DNA of 63,792 nucleotides, counting the filler, from Octopus bimaculoides (taxonomy: Eukaryota): NCBI RefSeq assembly GCF_001194135.2. It is 6 parts of 6 records of this genome, joined end to end, with 100 filler letters (N's around TTAATTAATTAA, not from the genome) between each part and the next. Parts side by side here need not be neighbours in the genome. Positions count along the whole stretch, not along the records: positions 1 to 22,005 come from NC_068997.1; 5 more parts are not named here. One strand, given 5' to 3'. Position numbers and translations under genes: made by a program. The notes beneath the pieces are model-generated. The model saw nothing but the letters and a program-made list of their open reading frames with translations. It was not told where the DNA came from and made no database searches. Within the stretch, counting starts at the first letter, position 1; every line of letters starts with the position of its first letter. This document shows, one piece after another, positions 1 to 11,961 of this stretch.

Positions 1-254
1 TATATATATATATATATATATATATTAATAGTTATCGCCAAACTAATATGACAGTCCAAAAAATAGGACGAATGCTGCCGTTGATTAGCTTCAAGAGGCC
101 ATCGCCTCTACCTAGCTATGTGTCACACGAACCTGTATCCACTCGAACAGGGGAGGTCAGCCGCTTCCCCTTACTGGTCTGGCATCTACAGATTAGTTTC
201 AGGATATTTGCCCTTTATCAATGTAGAGCAGCCGAACCGAGCACATATATATGT

Positions 255-400
255 GGAGGCGCAATGGCCCAGTGGTTAGAGCAGCGGACTCGCAGTCGTA
301 GGATCGCGGGTTTAGTGTTTATTTTAGAATTAATTTCACGAGCAGGCTGTTCTGTTGACCAGATCAACTGAAGTCCTGGTCATCGTAACGACGAGTGTAT
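255..400 (+). mobile_element. tRNA-derived SINE head (family C), degenerate
   Basis: GGAGGCGCAATGGCCCAGTGGTTAGAGCAGCGGACTCGC contains a Pol III A-box-like TGGCCCAGTGG; the B-box region is decayed and no cloverleaf can be completed. Confidence 0.55.
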
Positions 401-636
401 CAGTTAGTAATGGTTGAACAAAATTGAAAAAATACATTACAAAATCAGAAGAATACCATATTTGATGGAATATACGACACATGTTTTCTCCCCTTTCGCC
501 GTCAAACTGTATCAAGACCATTATCCCCATTCGTTTATGCGAATTCAAACGGCCGGAAAAGTGACCACAGCACATCTCGTTCAACCCACTAAGAGTTTCA
601 TGAATCGAACTTCCTGGATTGGCATGTCTTTTTCGT

Positions 637-760
637 TCCAGGAAGAATGAAATGATAAAAGTTGACGTCTGTGGAGTTTGAACTTAGAGCGAAAGGAGAC
701 GGAACAAACACCGCAAGACGTTCTTCTCATATGTATAACGACTCTGCCAGTTCGTCGCTT
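637..760 (-). mobile_element. SINE family B, degenerate 5' part
   Basis: Similar to the GGAATTTGAACTCAGAACG...TCTGCCAGCTCGCCGCCTT block of the better-preserved copies at 16521-16735 and 52630-52846. Confidence 0.6.
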
Positions 761-780
761 TGATGAAAGAAAGAAACTGT

Positions 781-831
781 AGAAATGAGAGAGAGGGAGA
801 GAGAGAGAGAGAGAGAGAGAGGGGGAGAGAG

Positions 832-870
<39 letters not shown>

Positions 871-1148
871 NNNNNNNNNNNNNNNNNNNNNNNNNNNNNN
901 NNNNNNNNNNNNNNNNNNNNNNNNNNNNNNNNNNNNNNNNNNNNNNNNNNNNNNNNNNNNNNNNNNNNNNNNNNNNNNNNNNNNNNNNNNNNNNNNNNNN
1001 NNNNNNNNNNNNNNNNNNNNNNNNNNNNNNNNNNNNNNNNNNNNNNNNNNNNNNNNNNNNNNNNNNNNNNNNNNNNNNNNNNNNNNNNNNNNNNNNNNNN
1101 NNNNNNNNNNNNNNNNNNNNNNNNNNNNNNNNNNNNNNNNNNNNNNNN

Positions 1149-1186
<38 letters not shown>

Positions 1187-1579
1187 CACACACACACACA
1201 CATATACATACGTACGTACATACGTACGTATATATATATATGTATCTATATATATATACATACACGCATACATATAGATATATAGATATATGTGTGTGTG
1301 TGTATGTATATGTATGAACATATATATGTAGAAACGGATGTATGTATATATATTGTAAATATATACATATATGTTGTAAACATATATATATCCCTATATA
1401 TCCATATGAATGAATATATATATATATGTGTGTGTGTGTGTGGGGGGGGGGTGTAGATATGCATGTATGAGCAAATAAACTCTTGTTATATTTGCTAAAT
1501 ATTAATACAAATATACATATACTCATATTTTGGGTTCTATTTTTCGTGTTTGCATCATCATACCAATATGTGTACGTGC

Positions 1580-1629
<50 letters not shown>

Positions 1630-1763
1630 ATAGAGAAAGAAATCCATATATGCAAGCATAATACACATTCATATCTCTATGTGCACAGAGAAAAAGGGAA
1701 GGGAAACAAAGACTGCTTGCTAGTTCCATATAGAAACAGAACGACACACATGAAATTCTATAG

Positions 1764-1801
<38 letters not shown>

Positions 1802-1898
1802 CGTATGTACGTACGCTTATATATATGTATATGTATATAGATATATATACCTACATACATACATACATACATATATATGTATATATATATACATATAT

Positions 1899-1971
<73 letters not shown>

Positions 1972-2529
1972 GGTACGTATATAAGCGCCTACGTGATGTC
2001 TGTNNNNNNNNNNNNNNNNNNNNNNNNNNNNNNNNNNNNNNNNNNNNNNNNNNNNNNNNNNNNNNNNNNNNNNNNNNNNNNNNNNNNNNNNNNNNNNNNN
2101 NNNNNNNNNNNNNNNNNNNNNNNNNNNNNNNNNNNNNNNNNNNNNNNNNNNNNNNNNNNNNNNNNNNNNNNNNNNNNNNNNNNNNNNNNNNNNNNNNNNN
2201 NNNNNNNNNNNNNNNNNNNNNNNNNNNNNNNNNNNNNNNNNNNNNNNNNNNNNNNNNNNNNNNNNNNNNNNNNNNNNNNNNNNNNNNNNNNNNNNNNNNN
2301 NNNNNNNNNNNNNNNNNNNNNNNNNNNNNNNNNNNNNNNNNNNNNNNNNNNNNNNNNNNNNNNNNNNNNNNNNNNNNNNNNNNNNNNNNNNNNNNNNNNN
2401 NNNNNNNNNNNNNNNNNNNNNNNNNNNNNNNNNNNNNNNNNNNNNNNNNNNNNNNNNNNNNNNNNNNNNNNNNNNNNNNNNNNNNNNNNNNNNNNNNNNN
2501 NNNNNNNNNNNNNNNNNNNNNNNNNNNNN

Positions 2530-2570
<41 letters not shown>
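781..2570. repeat. Compound (GA)n/(CA)n/(TA)n/(TG)n microsatellites around two N gaps
   Basis: Seen directly. These tracts generate the [16 protein letters not shown] pseudo-ORFs. Confidence 0.95.
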
Positions 2571-2571
<1 letters not shown>

Positions 2572-2574
<3 letters not shown>

Positions 2575-2735
2575 CAGGCTTCTTTCAGTTTCCGTCTACC
2601 AGATCCACTCGCAAGCCTTTGGTCGGCTCGAGACTATAGTAGAAGACATTTGCCCATGGTGCCATGCCGTGGGATTGAACCTGAAACTTATGTGTTTGGG
2701 AAGCAAATTTCTTATCACAGATCTACGCCTGCACC
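2572..2735 (-). mobile_element. SINE family A (tRNA head plus CORE-like GGCAAGTGTCTT block), 5' part
   Basis: Reverse complement matches the 5' half of the long + strand copy at 35478-35885. Confidence 0.8.
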
Positions 2736-2848
2736 TGTCTTCTAGAATGGCTGATGGGCCTAAGATAATTCATAATTTAGATGTTTATAGCTAAATATAG
2801 GAAATACAGATACATACACACGTATTATTATTATTATTATTATTATTA

Positions 2849-2992
2849 AGGTTTAAGTTCAAATGCCGCAGAGGTCGACTTTGCCTTTCATCCTTTCGGG
2901 ATCGATAAAATAGGTATCATTCAAGTCCTGGGGTCGATGCAGCTCCCTGCCACCTATTTCAGGCCTTGTGCCTACATTAGAAAAAATTATTA
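2849..2992 (+). mobile_element. SINE family B, 5'-truncated
   Basis: Contains GAGGTCGACTTTGCCTTTCATCCTTTCGGGATCGATAAA and the GGCCTTGTGCCT tail. Confidence 0.8.
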
Positions 2993-3170
2993 TAAGAGAG
3001 GAGAATACACTCACACATTTATTGATTAAAATATCACGCGTTCTACACATGGCGATTAAATAGAAGAATGTATGGAACATTTTCTAATGTGTTTTTCGGC
3101 GACCAATCAAATCTCGATGCTCTGTAGATTAATCATAATTTGATACCACGACTCTTGTTTATATATTGTC

Positions 3171-3240
3171 GTGCTTCCATACGTTAATCTTTTGAGTAAT
3201 TGGTAACGTGAAACTCCAAATTATGATTCAAAAACCTTCA
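3171..3240 (+). repeat. Unclassified dispersed repeat (second copy at about 39711-39780)
   Basis: Both copies share TAATTGGTAACGTGAAACTC and similar flanks. Confidence 0.55.
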
Positions 3241-3569
3241 ACTTCTAATAAAATATATACGATTTTTTCTATGTACCTATGTATTGTACATATATGCATA
3301 CATACATTCACACACATGCATATTTATATATGTATATGTTTGTATATATATATACATACATACATACATATGTATATATACGCTGTATATGCATGTATAT
3401 ATATCATTTGAAAATATATCCATCTCTCTTCCCCTCTCTCTATATACGTATGACTATATGTCTGTCTGATGCCTGTCTGCCTGTCTGTCTGAATGTATGT
3501 ATGTATGTATGTATATGTGTATGTACGTATGTATATATGAACGTATGTACCTCCCTTCGTCCCTCACTT

Positions 3570-3646
<77 letters not shown>

Positions 3647-4527
3647 NNNNNNNNNNNNNNNNNNNNNNNNNNNNNNNNNNNNNNNNNNNNNNNNNNNNNN
3701 NNNNNNNNNNNNNNNNNNNNNNNNNNNNNNNNNNNNNNNNNNNNNNNNNNNNNNNNNNNNNNNNNNNNNNNNNNNNNNNNNNNNNNNNNNNNNNNNNNNN
3801 NNNNNNNNNNNNNNNNNNNNNNNNNNNNNNNNNNNNNNNNNNNNNNNNNNNNNNNNNNNNNNNNNNNNNNNNNNNNNNNNNNNNNNNNNNNNNNNNNNNN
3901 NNNNNNNNNNNNNNNNNNNNNNNNNNNNNNNNNNNNNNNNNNNNNNNNNNNNNNNNNNNNNNNNNNNNNNNNNNNNNNNNNNNNNNNNTATATATATATA
4001 TATATATATATATATTTACACACACACATATATAAAGTACACATTCATACAGAATGATTTTCAGCTAGTGCACACTTTTGTATGCTTGACGTCAATTTCG
4101 CAACTGGTAGAAATACACATTTGGGTATTTATGTGCGTATGTATGTGTGAGTATATATATATATGTGTATGTGTGTATGTGTATGTGTGTATGTATATAT
4201 ATGTGTGTGTATATATATATTTATGTGTGTGTGTATATATATATATGTGTGTGTATATATATATGTGTGTGTGTGTATATGTGTCTGTGTGTGAGTGTGT
4301 GTGTGTGTGTGTGTAGGTGGATGTGTATAAACACGTAGATACATACATCTCAGTATTCACCGAACAGTTTTTTTAGAGTGTATGAGCGAACAGTGTGATA
4401 AGAATGGCACTTCTGTTGCGACCCCTTACGAACGGAAATTCAGCTTGGTGACCGGAATCTAGAAATCGGAAGTGGCTTCTTCTGCTTGATTGACCCACGT
4501 AATGAACTTAAACAATATATTCTGCAG

Positions 4528-4671
4528 CCGAGGAAGCTATGGATTTCCTCATACTACCGCCGCCATTGCTGCTACAGAAACCGCTTCTTTAGTCGCTGCT
4601 GCTGGGAGCGAAAAGACCAATGGGCAACGAAAGAAGGATACCATGGTGATGGTTTCACAGAAGCACCTCGA
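4528..4671 (+). other. Candidate 144-nt exon, product unknown
   Basis: Acceptor TTCTGCAG| and donor |GTATGT. Length is divisible by 3 and two frames are open. No protein recognised. Confidence 0.25.
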
Positions 4672-4859
4672 GTATGTCCTTAAGTGTTTCTAATTGTGTG
4701 CAGCTGCTGTGTTTGACCGGATATCCGGTCACTGTTCAGTCTCTAATGGCCGTAGTTGACGTTGTTGTGGTTGCTGTTGTTGTTGTTATAATTACTGCTT
4801 GCAACGATAGTTATAGTTGGTGACGATGCTGTATTTTTAGTACCTCTCCCCACCTAGTT

Positions 4860-4920
4860 GGCTCTGATTGTGCAGACGTACGATCAAAGACATTCCAACC
4901 GTGACTAACACGTTTGTTTC
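4860..4920 (+). repeat. Unclassified dispersed repeat family D (other copies near 9700-9750 (-), 31410-31460, 55350-55420, 58430-58500, 59420-59490)
   Basis: Recurrent GATCAAAG(A/G)CATTCCA(A/G)CC(G/A)TGAC motif. Confidence 0.55.
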
Positions 4921-5181
4921 GAAGTATAAAGAACTACATTTTCTTGCTGATAGTATTTTTTCTCTGTGTAGAAACTCAAGGTATGATTTGAAGCAATTTG
5001 GTTACATTTTCCAGTAGGACTGGCGCCTGCGCACAAGTACATTGCTTCGTTGCATTTTTTGTTTCTTGTTACTGCTCATGTGCGCATGTGCAACATGTAT
5101 GTATGTAAGTGTGCATCTTTGTATGTTTATCTGTGTATGCGTTCATGATTTTCTATGTATGTATGTATGTATGTATGTATG

Positions 5182-5235
<54 letters not shown>

Positions 5236-6070
5236 CACGTGCGTGCACACAGACACACGCGCGTATACCTCCTGTTAATGTCTGTCCCCTCTTATAAGCA
5301 CTTCACTCATTGTGAAGACGTAACTTAGAGGACGTATATGCTTGTGTGATGTAGGATACACTTTTAGTTCATACACAGGTAAGCACACAAACACATACAT
5401 ACAAACATACATACATACATACATACATACATACATACATACATGCATGCATGCATACATACATACATGCATACATACGTACATACATACATACATATAT
5501 ATANNNNNNNNNNNNNNNNNNNNNNNNNNNNNNNNNNNNNNNNNNNNNNNNNNNNNNNNNNNNNNNNNNNNNNNNNNNNNNNNNNNNNNNNNNNNNNNNN
5601 NNNNNNNNNNNNNNNNNNNNNNNNNNNNNNNNNNNNNNNNNNNNNNNNNNNNNNNNNNNNNNNNNNNNNNNNNNNNNNNNNNNNNNNNNNNNNNNNNNNN
5701 NNNNNNNNNNNNNNNNNNNNNNNNNNNNNNNNNNNNNNNNNNNNNNNNNNNNNNNNNNNNNNNNNNNNNNNNNNNNNNNNNNNNNNNNNNNNNNNNNNNN
5801 NNNNNNNNNNNNNNNNNNNNNNNNNNNNNNNNNNNNNNNNNNNNNNNNNNNNNNNNNNNNNNNNNNNNNNNNNNNNNNNNNNNNNNNNNNNNNNNNNNNN
5901 NNNNNNNNNNNNNNNNNNNNNNNNNNNNNNNNNNNNNNNNNNNNNNNNNNNNNNNNNNNNNNNNNNNNNNNNNNNNNNNNNNNNNNNNNNNNNNNNNNNN
6001 NNNNNNNNNNNNNNNNNNNNNNNNNNNNNNNNNNNNNNNNNNNNNNNNNNNNNNNNNNNNNNNNNNNNNN

Positions 6071-6128
<58 letters not shown>

Positions 6129-6750
6129 TTTGTGTGTATAGTTATTAGTGAGGGATTATCAATCCGGGCAAAATACTTTATACGCTCTCTGTTAATACAT
6201 CAGGCTCTGCGTATTCTTGTGTTAGATTATAGTTCATCACCATTCTATATTGTAAATCCGTTGTCGGATTTCCAGGTATACAAAACAAGGCATAAATAAT
6301 GGTCAAAACATATTTCTTTATTGTAGTAAATCTGATATTGTAGTAAATCCAGATATTGTATTGAAATTTAGTATAGGCCACTTAGTTTTATGGTCAACTT
6401 AAATCTTTAATATTGGGTCATTCCTACTATCTCACATCGGGAGTGAAGTGCATTAGAAAAATAATGAATGGTTAATAGAATGAAAAAAAAATCAGCAGTA
6501 ACAATCTTATGATGGAAAGACTCAGACAGCTTAAGAGTGGATAGTAGATAGAAAGAAAAAAATATTAGGTTAAACGTAAAATAAAATCAAATGAAGCTTT
6601 TTTACTAAAAAAGAACGAATAAAATAAAAAAGCCAAATATAATTATAAATTAAATTCAAAAACCGAAATTGAATTATAAGAAAAATTAAAATTAAAATAA
6701 ACTAAAGAATATAAAAAAGATAATTTGCATTTATCTCATAGGTATCATAT

Positions 6751-6978
6751 TCATCTTGACCATTGTTTCTCACCATGGCATTTAAGTTTTCTCGGGAACC
6801 TGCTGAAGGTTTTATTATAGAAATGCTTACAGCATATCGCTAATTCCTGTCTACGTTTAATTAGATTACTCTCTGACGTAAGTATTTGGAGTGACTCCAC
6901 TCGGCAACGTTCGCATTTCATTCGTCCTATTTCATATGGTTTTGCTCTACTTCGAATCGACCAATTTAACTCATTCAT
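6751..6978 (-). pseudogene. Penelope-like element fragment, C-terminal tail of the GIY-YIG region
   Basis: NWSIRSRAKPYEIGRMKCERCRVESLQILTSESNLIKRRQELAICCKH fits the recalled PLE pattern WSI..A.PY....C..C..EK..I......LN.R.EL...CRH. Confidence 0.7.
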
Positions 6979-7719
6979 ATTAAGTTTTGTTGCTAGTAAG
7001 TTATCATATCAGCCTGCTAAGTGATGTCGAGTTTTCTCTATTTTCGTATTTAAACACACACGCACACTTTTATACATATATATGTATGTGTGTGTGTATA
7101 TATATATATATATATACATGTATGTATGTATGTATGTATATATATACATGTATGTATGTATGCATGCATGCATGTATGTATGTATGTATGTATGTATGTA
7201 TGTATGTATGCATAGGCGTTACCCACCACTCTCGTGTTTGGCCGAAAGGCCATATTTATTCCGTCTTCGTCAATCGTTTTAAATTACATTTGTTTACTTT
7301 CGTACATCCACTCTGTATTGTTTTGTTCGCTCGAGCCCTAATTCTCTGCAAATTTTGTGGGTGCCGCCGATATACGAAGTTCTCAGTCTTATCGTTAAAG
7401 GCGCGAAGCTGAGTATTAGCATTTTGGTCGATAACTGAAGAAGAATTAGGGTCCTTCTGTGTCTGTTCTACGTGTACGTTTTGTTGTATTTAATGCATTT
7501 TTCATTTATATATATATACGTATCCCAAATAATAAGATAAAGAAATATTTTAACACATCTTTAATAATCAGTTACAATTGTTTCTATAGCAACTCGGCTT
7601 GCAACACATCATGAAAGATATGTTAAAGTATTCCTTTGTCTGATTATTTGGATTATGTTTTATTCTTCGCTACACCTAGAACAGTTTTACCCTCGTGAAA
7701 CCACACACACACACACACA

Positions 7720-8525
7720 CACAAACAGAATGTGCAGTGATTAAACTGTCGTCTAAATTACAAAAAAAAATGAAAATAACACTGACATCTCATTTTAATA
7801 GATATATTTACCAAAATTACATTAAAATATCTTGAAATACTCAAGAGTAAATGTATTCAATAAAATCGCGATTGGCTTCAACCACAGCCTCCAGACGACT
7901 TCGGAATCTCCTGCAGCTCTTCTGGACAGTCTCCTTGTTTAAGTTGGTGAATGCTGCCATAATATTTGCCTTCGGTTCGTCTTTGGTGTTACAAGGAGGT
8001 TTGTTGGTCTCTCGCTCAACTGCGCCCCACACATAATAACCAAGGGGTTTGCAGTCTGGGCAGTTAGGTGGCCAGATGTTAGGGGTGATGTGGTCACAGA
8101 AATTGACTGACAGCCATGACTGGGTTCTCCTGCTTGTGTGGCATGGTGCAGAGTTCTGTTGCCAGATATAGGGTCTTCCAGCAGCCAGGCACTTGATGTA
8201 GGCCTCCGTGTTGAGTCTGAGGCCGTGTGGGAAGATGAATGGAGGCATAACGTCGCCATCACTAGTGATCACATCAAAAACCATGATGTTCACTAGATTT
8301 CTGGTTTTTATCACTCTCGTATATGTCCTCAGATTGACGCCCAAACACTCTGAAATGTTCGTATTGGAGCTTCCGGTGCAAATGCCAAGCAGTACAGCAT
8401 ATCGTTTCCAAATTTCTGGCAGAGTGAATTGCGTCATGGTGCTGTTTTTCTCACAGACGGTGCCCAACTAACCCTACTACACTGTGTAGTCGACAAAATA
8501 TAAAACAATGCGCATGCGCGAAATT
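7720..8525 (-). mobile_element. Tc1/mariner relic, DD37D (maT-like) transposase with an internal deletion
   Basis: ORF 7841-8467 contains WQQNSAPCH...WPPNCPDCKPLGYYVWG. There are 37 residues between the positions of the 2nd and 3rd catalytic Asp (now Asn and Gly). The short N-terminus is fused directly to the catalytic C-terminal half. Confidence 0.85.
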
Positions 8526-8724
8526 AATCTACTTCATTTATATATCTGCGTGTGTATGAGTGAGGAGGGAGCGAATGTATGTATGTATGTATGTATGCAT
8601 GCATGTATGCATGTATGCATGTATGCATGTATGTATGTATATATGTATGTATGCATGTATGCATGTATGTATGCATGTATGTATGTATGTATGTAAAACA
8701 ATGGCTAGAAAGTAACAACAGGTA

Positions 8725-8815
<91 letters not shown>

Positions 8816-9778
8816 TGTGTGTGTGTGTTTGTGTATACATATATATGTTATATATGTATGACTGTATATACACACATCTGTATATTTGTATATATATATA
8901 TATGTATATGTATGTATAGATATATGTAAAATGAATACGTGTATATGTGTGTGCGTTATGTTTGTGTATTGTGTGAGTGTTGTGTGTATGTACGTGTGTG
9001 TGCGCGCGTGAGTGTGTGTGCGATATGAAATTCAAGAATATAGTTCTAGGCTTGCCCTAAATTATTTTTCTAAACTTATAAACCCTTGAACGAAACACGT
9101 GTCTTACAAAGAGAATTATCACAATTTTGACCTAAATCACTCTTTCGGTAGCTTGTTAGTCATCAAGGGAAATTTTGCATATGAATTAATTGATTCGACG
9201 CAAGAGTATTCCGTTGGCCTAGCTCTAAAATATTTTTTTCAATTTATAATTTGAAGAGCGAACAATAATTAATTAGTAAAGCATGCGTTAACATATTTAA
9301 TGAGGCGGAAACGATAACTTTAATTAATCAAGTCGGTACCTGCTCTGAGAAGGGAATAACATGATTGAACAATACCGAAATTTAAACAAAAGGAAGGGTA
9401 ACTACTTGTATTCAAAAAAATTAATTAATATGATCAATAATTAATATGTTCTATGATGTTTACGTAATTATTCATCGCTGACTAATTACCTAATTTAAAC
9501 CACCAAGTAATTTATTGTGGATATTGATTAGTATTAATATTTAAACAGTTTGACTGCGGGAATATGTGTGAATCTATACTCAGCTGTGATTGAATAAGTC
9601 AATGAGGAAAATGAACTGCATGAAATAGCAGTCAAAACTCTCTAAAATTGCACTCATTAAAAAAGGAAGGACACATTGAAGGGATGTTGACCCTACTTTA
9701 AAAAATTGCAAGATGGTCATGTTTGGAATGTCTTTGATCCTAGTTTTCCTCAATCGAAACATATTCGAGTAATGAGTA

Positions 9779-10572
9779 TGTAACGGTTGAGTTTTTAGTT
9801 GAAGTCGAGGGTCATCAATTGTAACGGGTAAGATTGATTAGGTACACAATATTATGATATATCGGAGTCAGCAGTTGTAACGATGAGAATTTGTTATAAC
9901 GGCAAGTTGTAAGATGTGAAAGATGAACAATGCATGAAGTTTTAGGGAAATATTTATTTACCGTTACGTTACAATACCTTGCTTCGACGGGCAGGTTATG
10001 ATGAATCCAAAAGTATGCGAAGTAAAGTTTGTGTTTGTGTTCTCTTCATTGTTTAGAGAGAGAGATGGAATGATGTTGTAAGAGAACAGAATTAGAGCTA
10101 GTTAGAGCTGTAGGGTTGTGGGACGTTGTCTTACAGTTGCTGACAGTAAACTTCATTTCTCCTTCTGACCAAGGTTCTAGCTGGTCAGTCAGACTTCGTT
10201 CTCACTGAGTTGTCACCGAAGTGACTAACTCGTTGAGTCGTCACCAAATGACCGAACTATCTTTTTTGCTTGGGGTTTCTTGTTTTTATAACTCTCCAGA
10301 AGGATAGACACATCGTTGAGAACAATGGGCTTCGTTGGTGGTACTATGATATCTCTATTCTAGCTTTTGGTGAAGTAGAAGAGGTTATAAGGGTCAAGTG
10401 GTGAAGACATTATTTTGGCCTAACTAAAGGCAATCTGGCAAATGTAAAACTGCTGTCAGAGAAAAACCACCGTGAGAAAAGTTCCGTTGAACTGTTAATT
10501 TAAATTTGGCTATGGTGGCTCGAATCCAGTTCATGCCTGCAAGATTCACTACAAATACACTATGTCCTTACA
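9779..10572 (-). mobile_element. Probable solo LTR (about 790 bp)
   Basis: On the minus strand it starts TGTAAG and ends TTACA (TG...CA with a 5-bp IR). It has a TATA-like TTATAAAA followed later by AATAAA, and no ORF. The TSD is not convincing (GAGTA vs TAGAA). Confidence 0.45.
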
Positions 10573-10599
10573 TAGAAGTAATTTTGTTTTTTGTTCTCT

Positions 10600-10975
10600 A
10601 ACCTTATACCTGTTTCCATCGTTCGACTGCGGCCATGTTGGAGCACCTTCTTGAAGGGTTTTAGTCCAACACATCCACCCAAGTACTTATATTTATAGTC
10701 TGGTACTTATTCTGTCGGTCTCTTTTGCCGAAACAAAAGATACGAGGACGTAAACAAACCAACACTGGTCGTCAGTGGTGGTGAGACAAACACAAGCGCA
10801 AAGACACATACACACACTCTCACACACATGAATATGTATACGATGGGCTTCCACACAATTTCCATCTACTTAATTGCCTCACAAGGTATTGGTCGACCCG
10901 TAGCTATAGTAGAAGCCACTGACTGAAGGTGCCATGAAGTGGAACTGAACCCGAAACCACATGGTTGCAAAGCGA
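10600..10975 (-). mobile_element. SINE family A, near full length
   Basis: Head, CORE-like block, internal (CA)n and 3' GCTCCAACATGGCCGCAGTC tail are collinear with 35478-35885. Confidence 0.8.
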
Positions 10976-11512
10976 TTTTCATATAGAGTATTTTAGATAA
11001 TAGCCACAAAAATACTCAATTACAGTAATTTCATTAACTGAAATGTTGTGTTTGTAAAAGTATAACCAATTTATTGTGCATAAATTTTAAGAACGAAATC
11101 TTACATGGACCCCTACGGTCATATAGACTCCAGTTTAGTATCACTGGACTAGATTGTCATATCCTATGGCAATTTTACTTTATCGTTCTCTGCGACTGGC
11201 ATCGGTTGGTATTCGTACCACGTGTTTTTAGTGCTACAATATCAAATCTTCCGCATTTTCAAAATTCAGTTTCGCAATCATTATTTATGTTATCAAGATC
11301 AACGGTATAGTTATCGATTGAGATGAAATCGTATCAGTTATCTTTTATTCATTTCAGTCATTCGTATGCAGCCATGCTGGAATATCAACCTGTATAAAAA
11401 ATGAAATGTATTCTTTTAGATATTAAAATTATTTCATTTGTAATTTTGTTTTGTAATTAAGAATCCATACAACGTATAATATAGTTAATCATATTTGTAT
11501 GTATGTATGTAT

Positions 11513-11961
11513 GTCATTATTCAGTTTATTTCAAAATTTCTTGCCAATAGAGAAAGAACCGGTTTCTAACCTAGATCCAAGGTTCCTTCATTGGAATTTC
11601 AACATCAACAGCAGGATATTTTTGTTTGCATATATTTATGCATGTATGTATGTATGTATGTATGTATGTATGTGCAGATTTGCATGTTTTATGTATGTAT
11701 TCTCATGCATATAGTTGCATATCTAGACATGCTCATGTATATTTAAATGATAAACTTCTGGGAGGTTTTACAGATTTTTACAGTTCCAGTGATGGATTGG
11801 ATCTGTAGTCTTCGAATTAGCTTTCTCCTTTCTGGTTTTGAGAAACCAAATTTCTCAAGATTGGTATTTAAGCAGTTTGCTACATATCTCAGGACCCCAA
11901 TAATTACTGGTATAAACGTGAACTTGTAATCTGGATAGAATAAATGCAGATTTCTCAATAG
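11513..11961 (-). mobile_element. R4/Dong-like non-LTR retrotransposon 3' end (end of the restriction-like endonuclease region plus 3' UTR)
   Basis: LLRNLHLFYPDYKFTFIPVIIGVLRYV...TGTVKICKT resembles the R4-clade C-terminus (VP.IIGALG...GT.KI). It is highly similar to 26465-26815 and runs into (CATA)n at its 3' end. Confidence 0.7.

Noticed and set aside
255-330. tRNA gene (also considered at 19600-19642, 27000-27060 and 63450-63510)
   Set aside because: Only A/B-box-like remnants are present, followed by SINE bodies; no complete cloverleaf.
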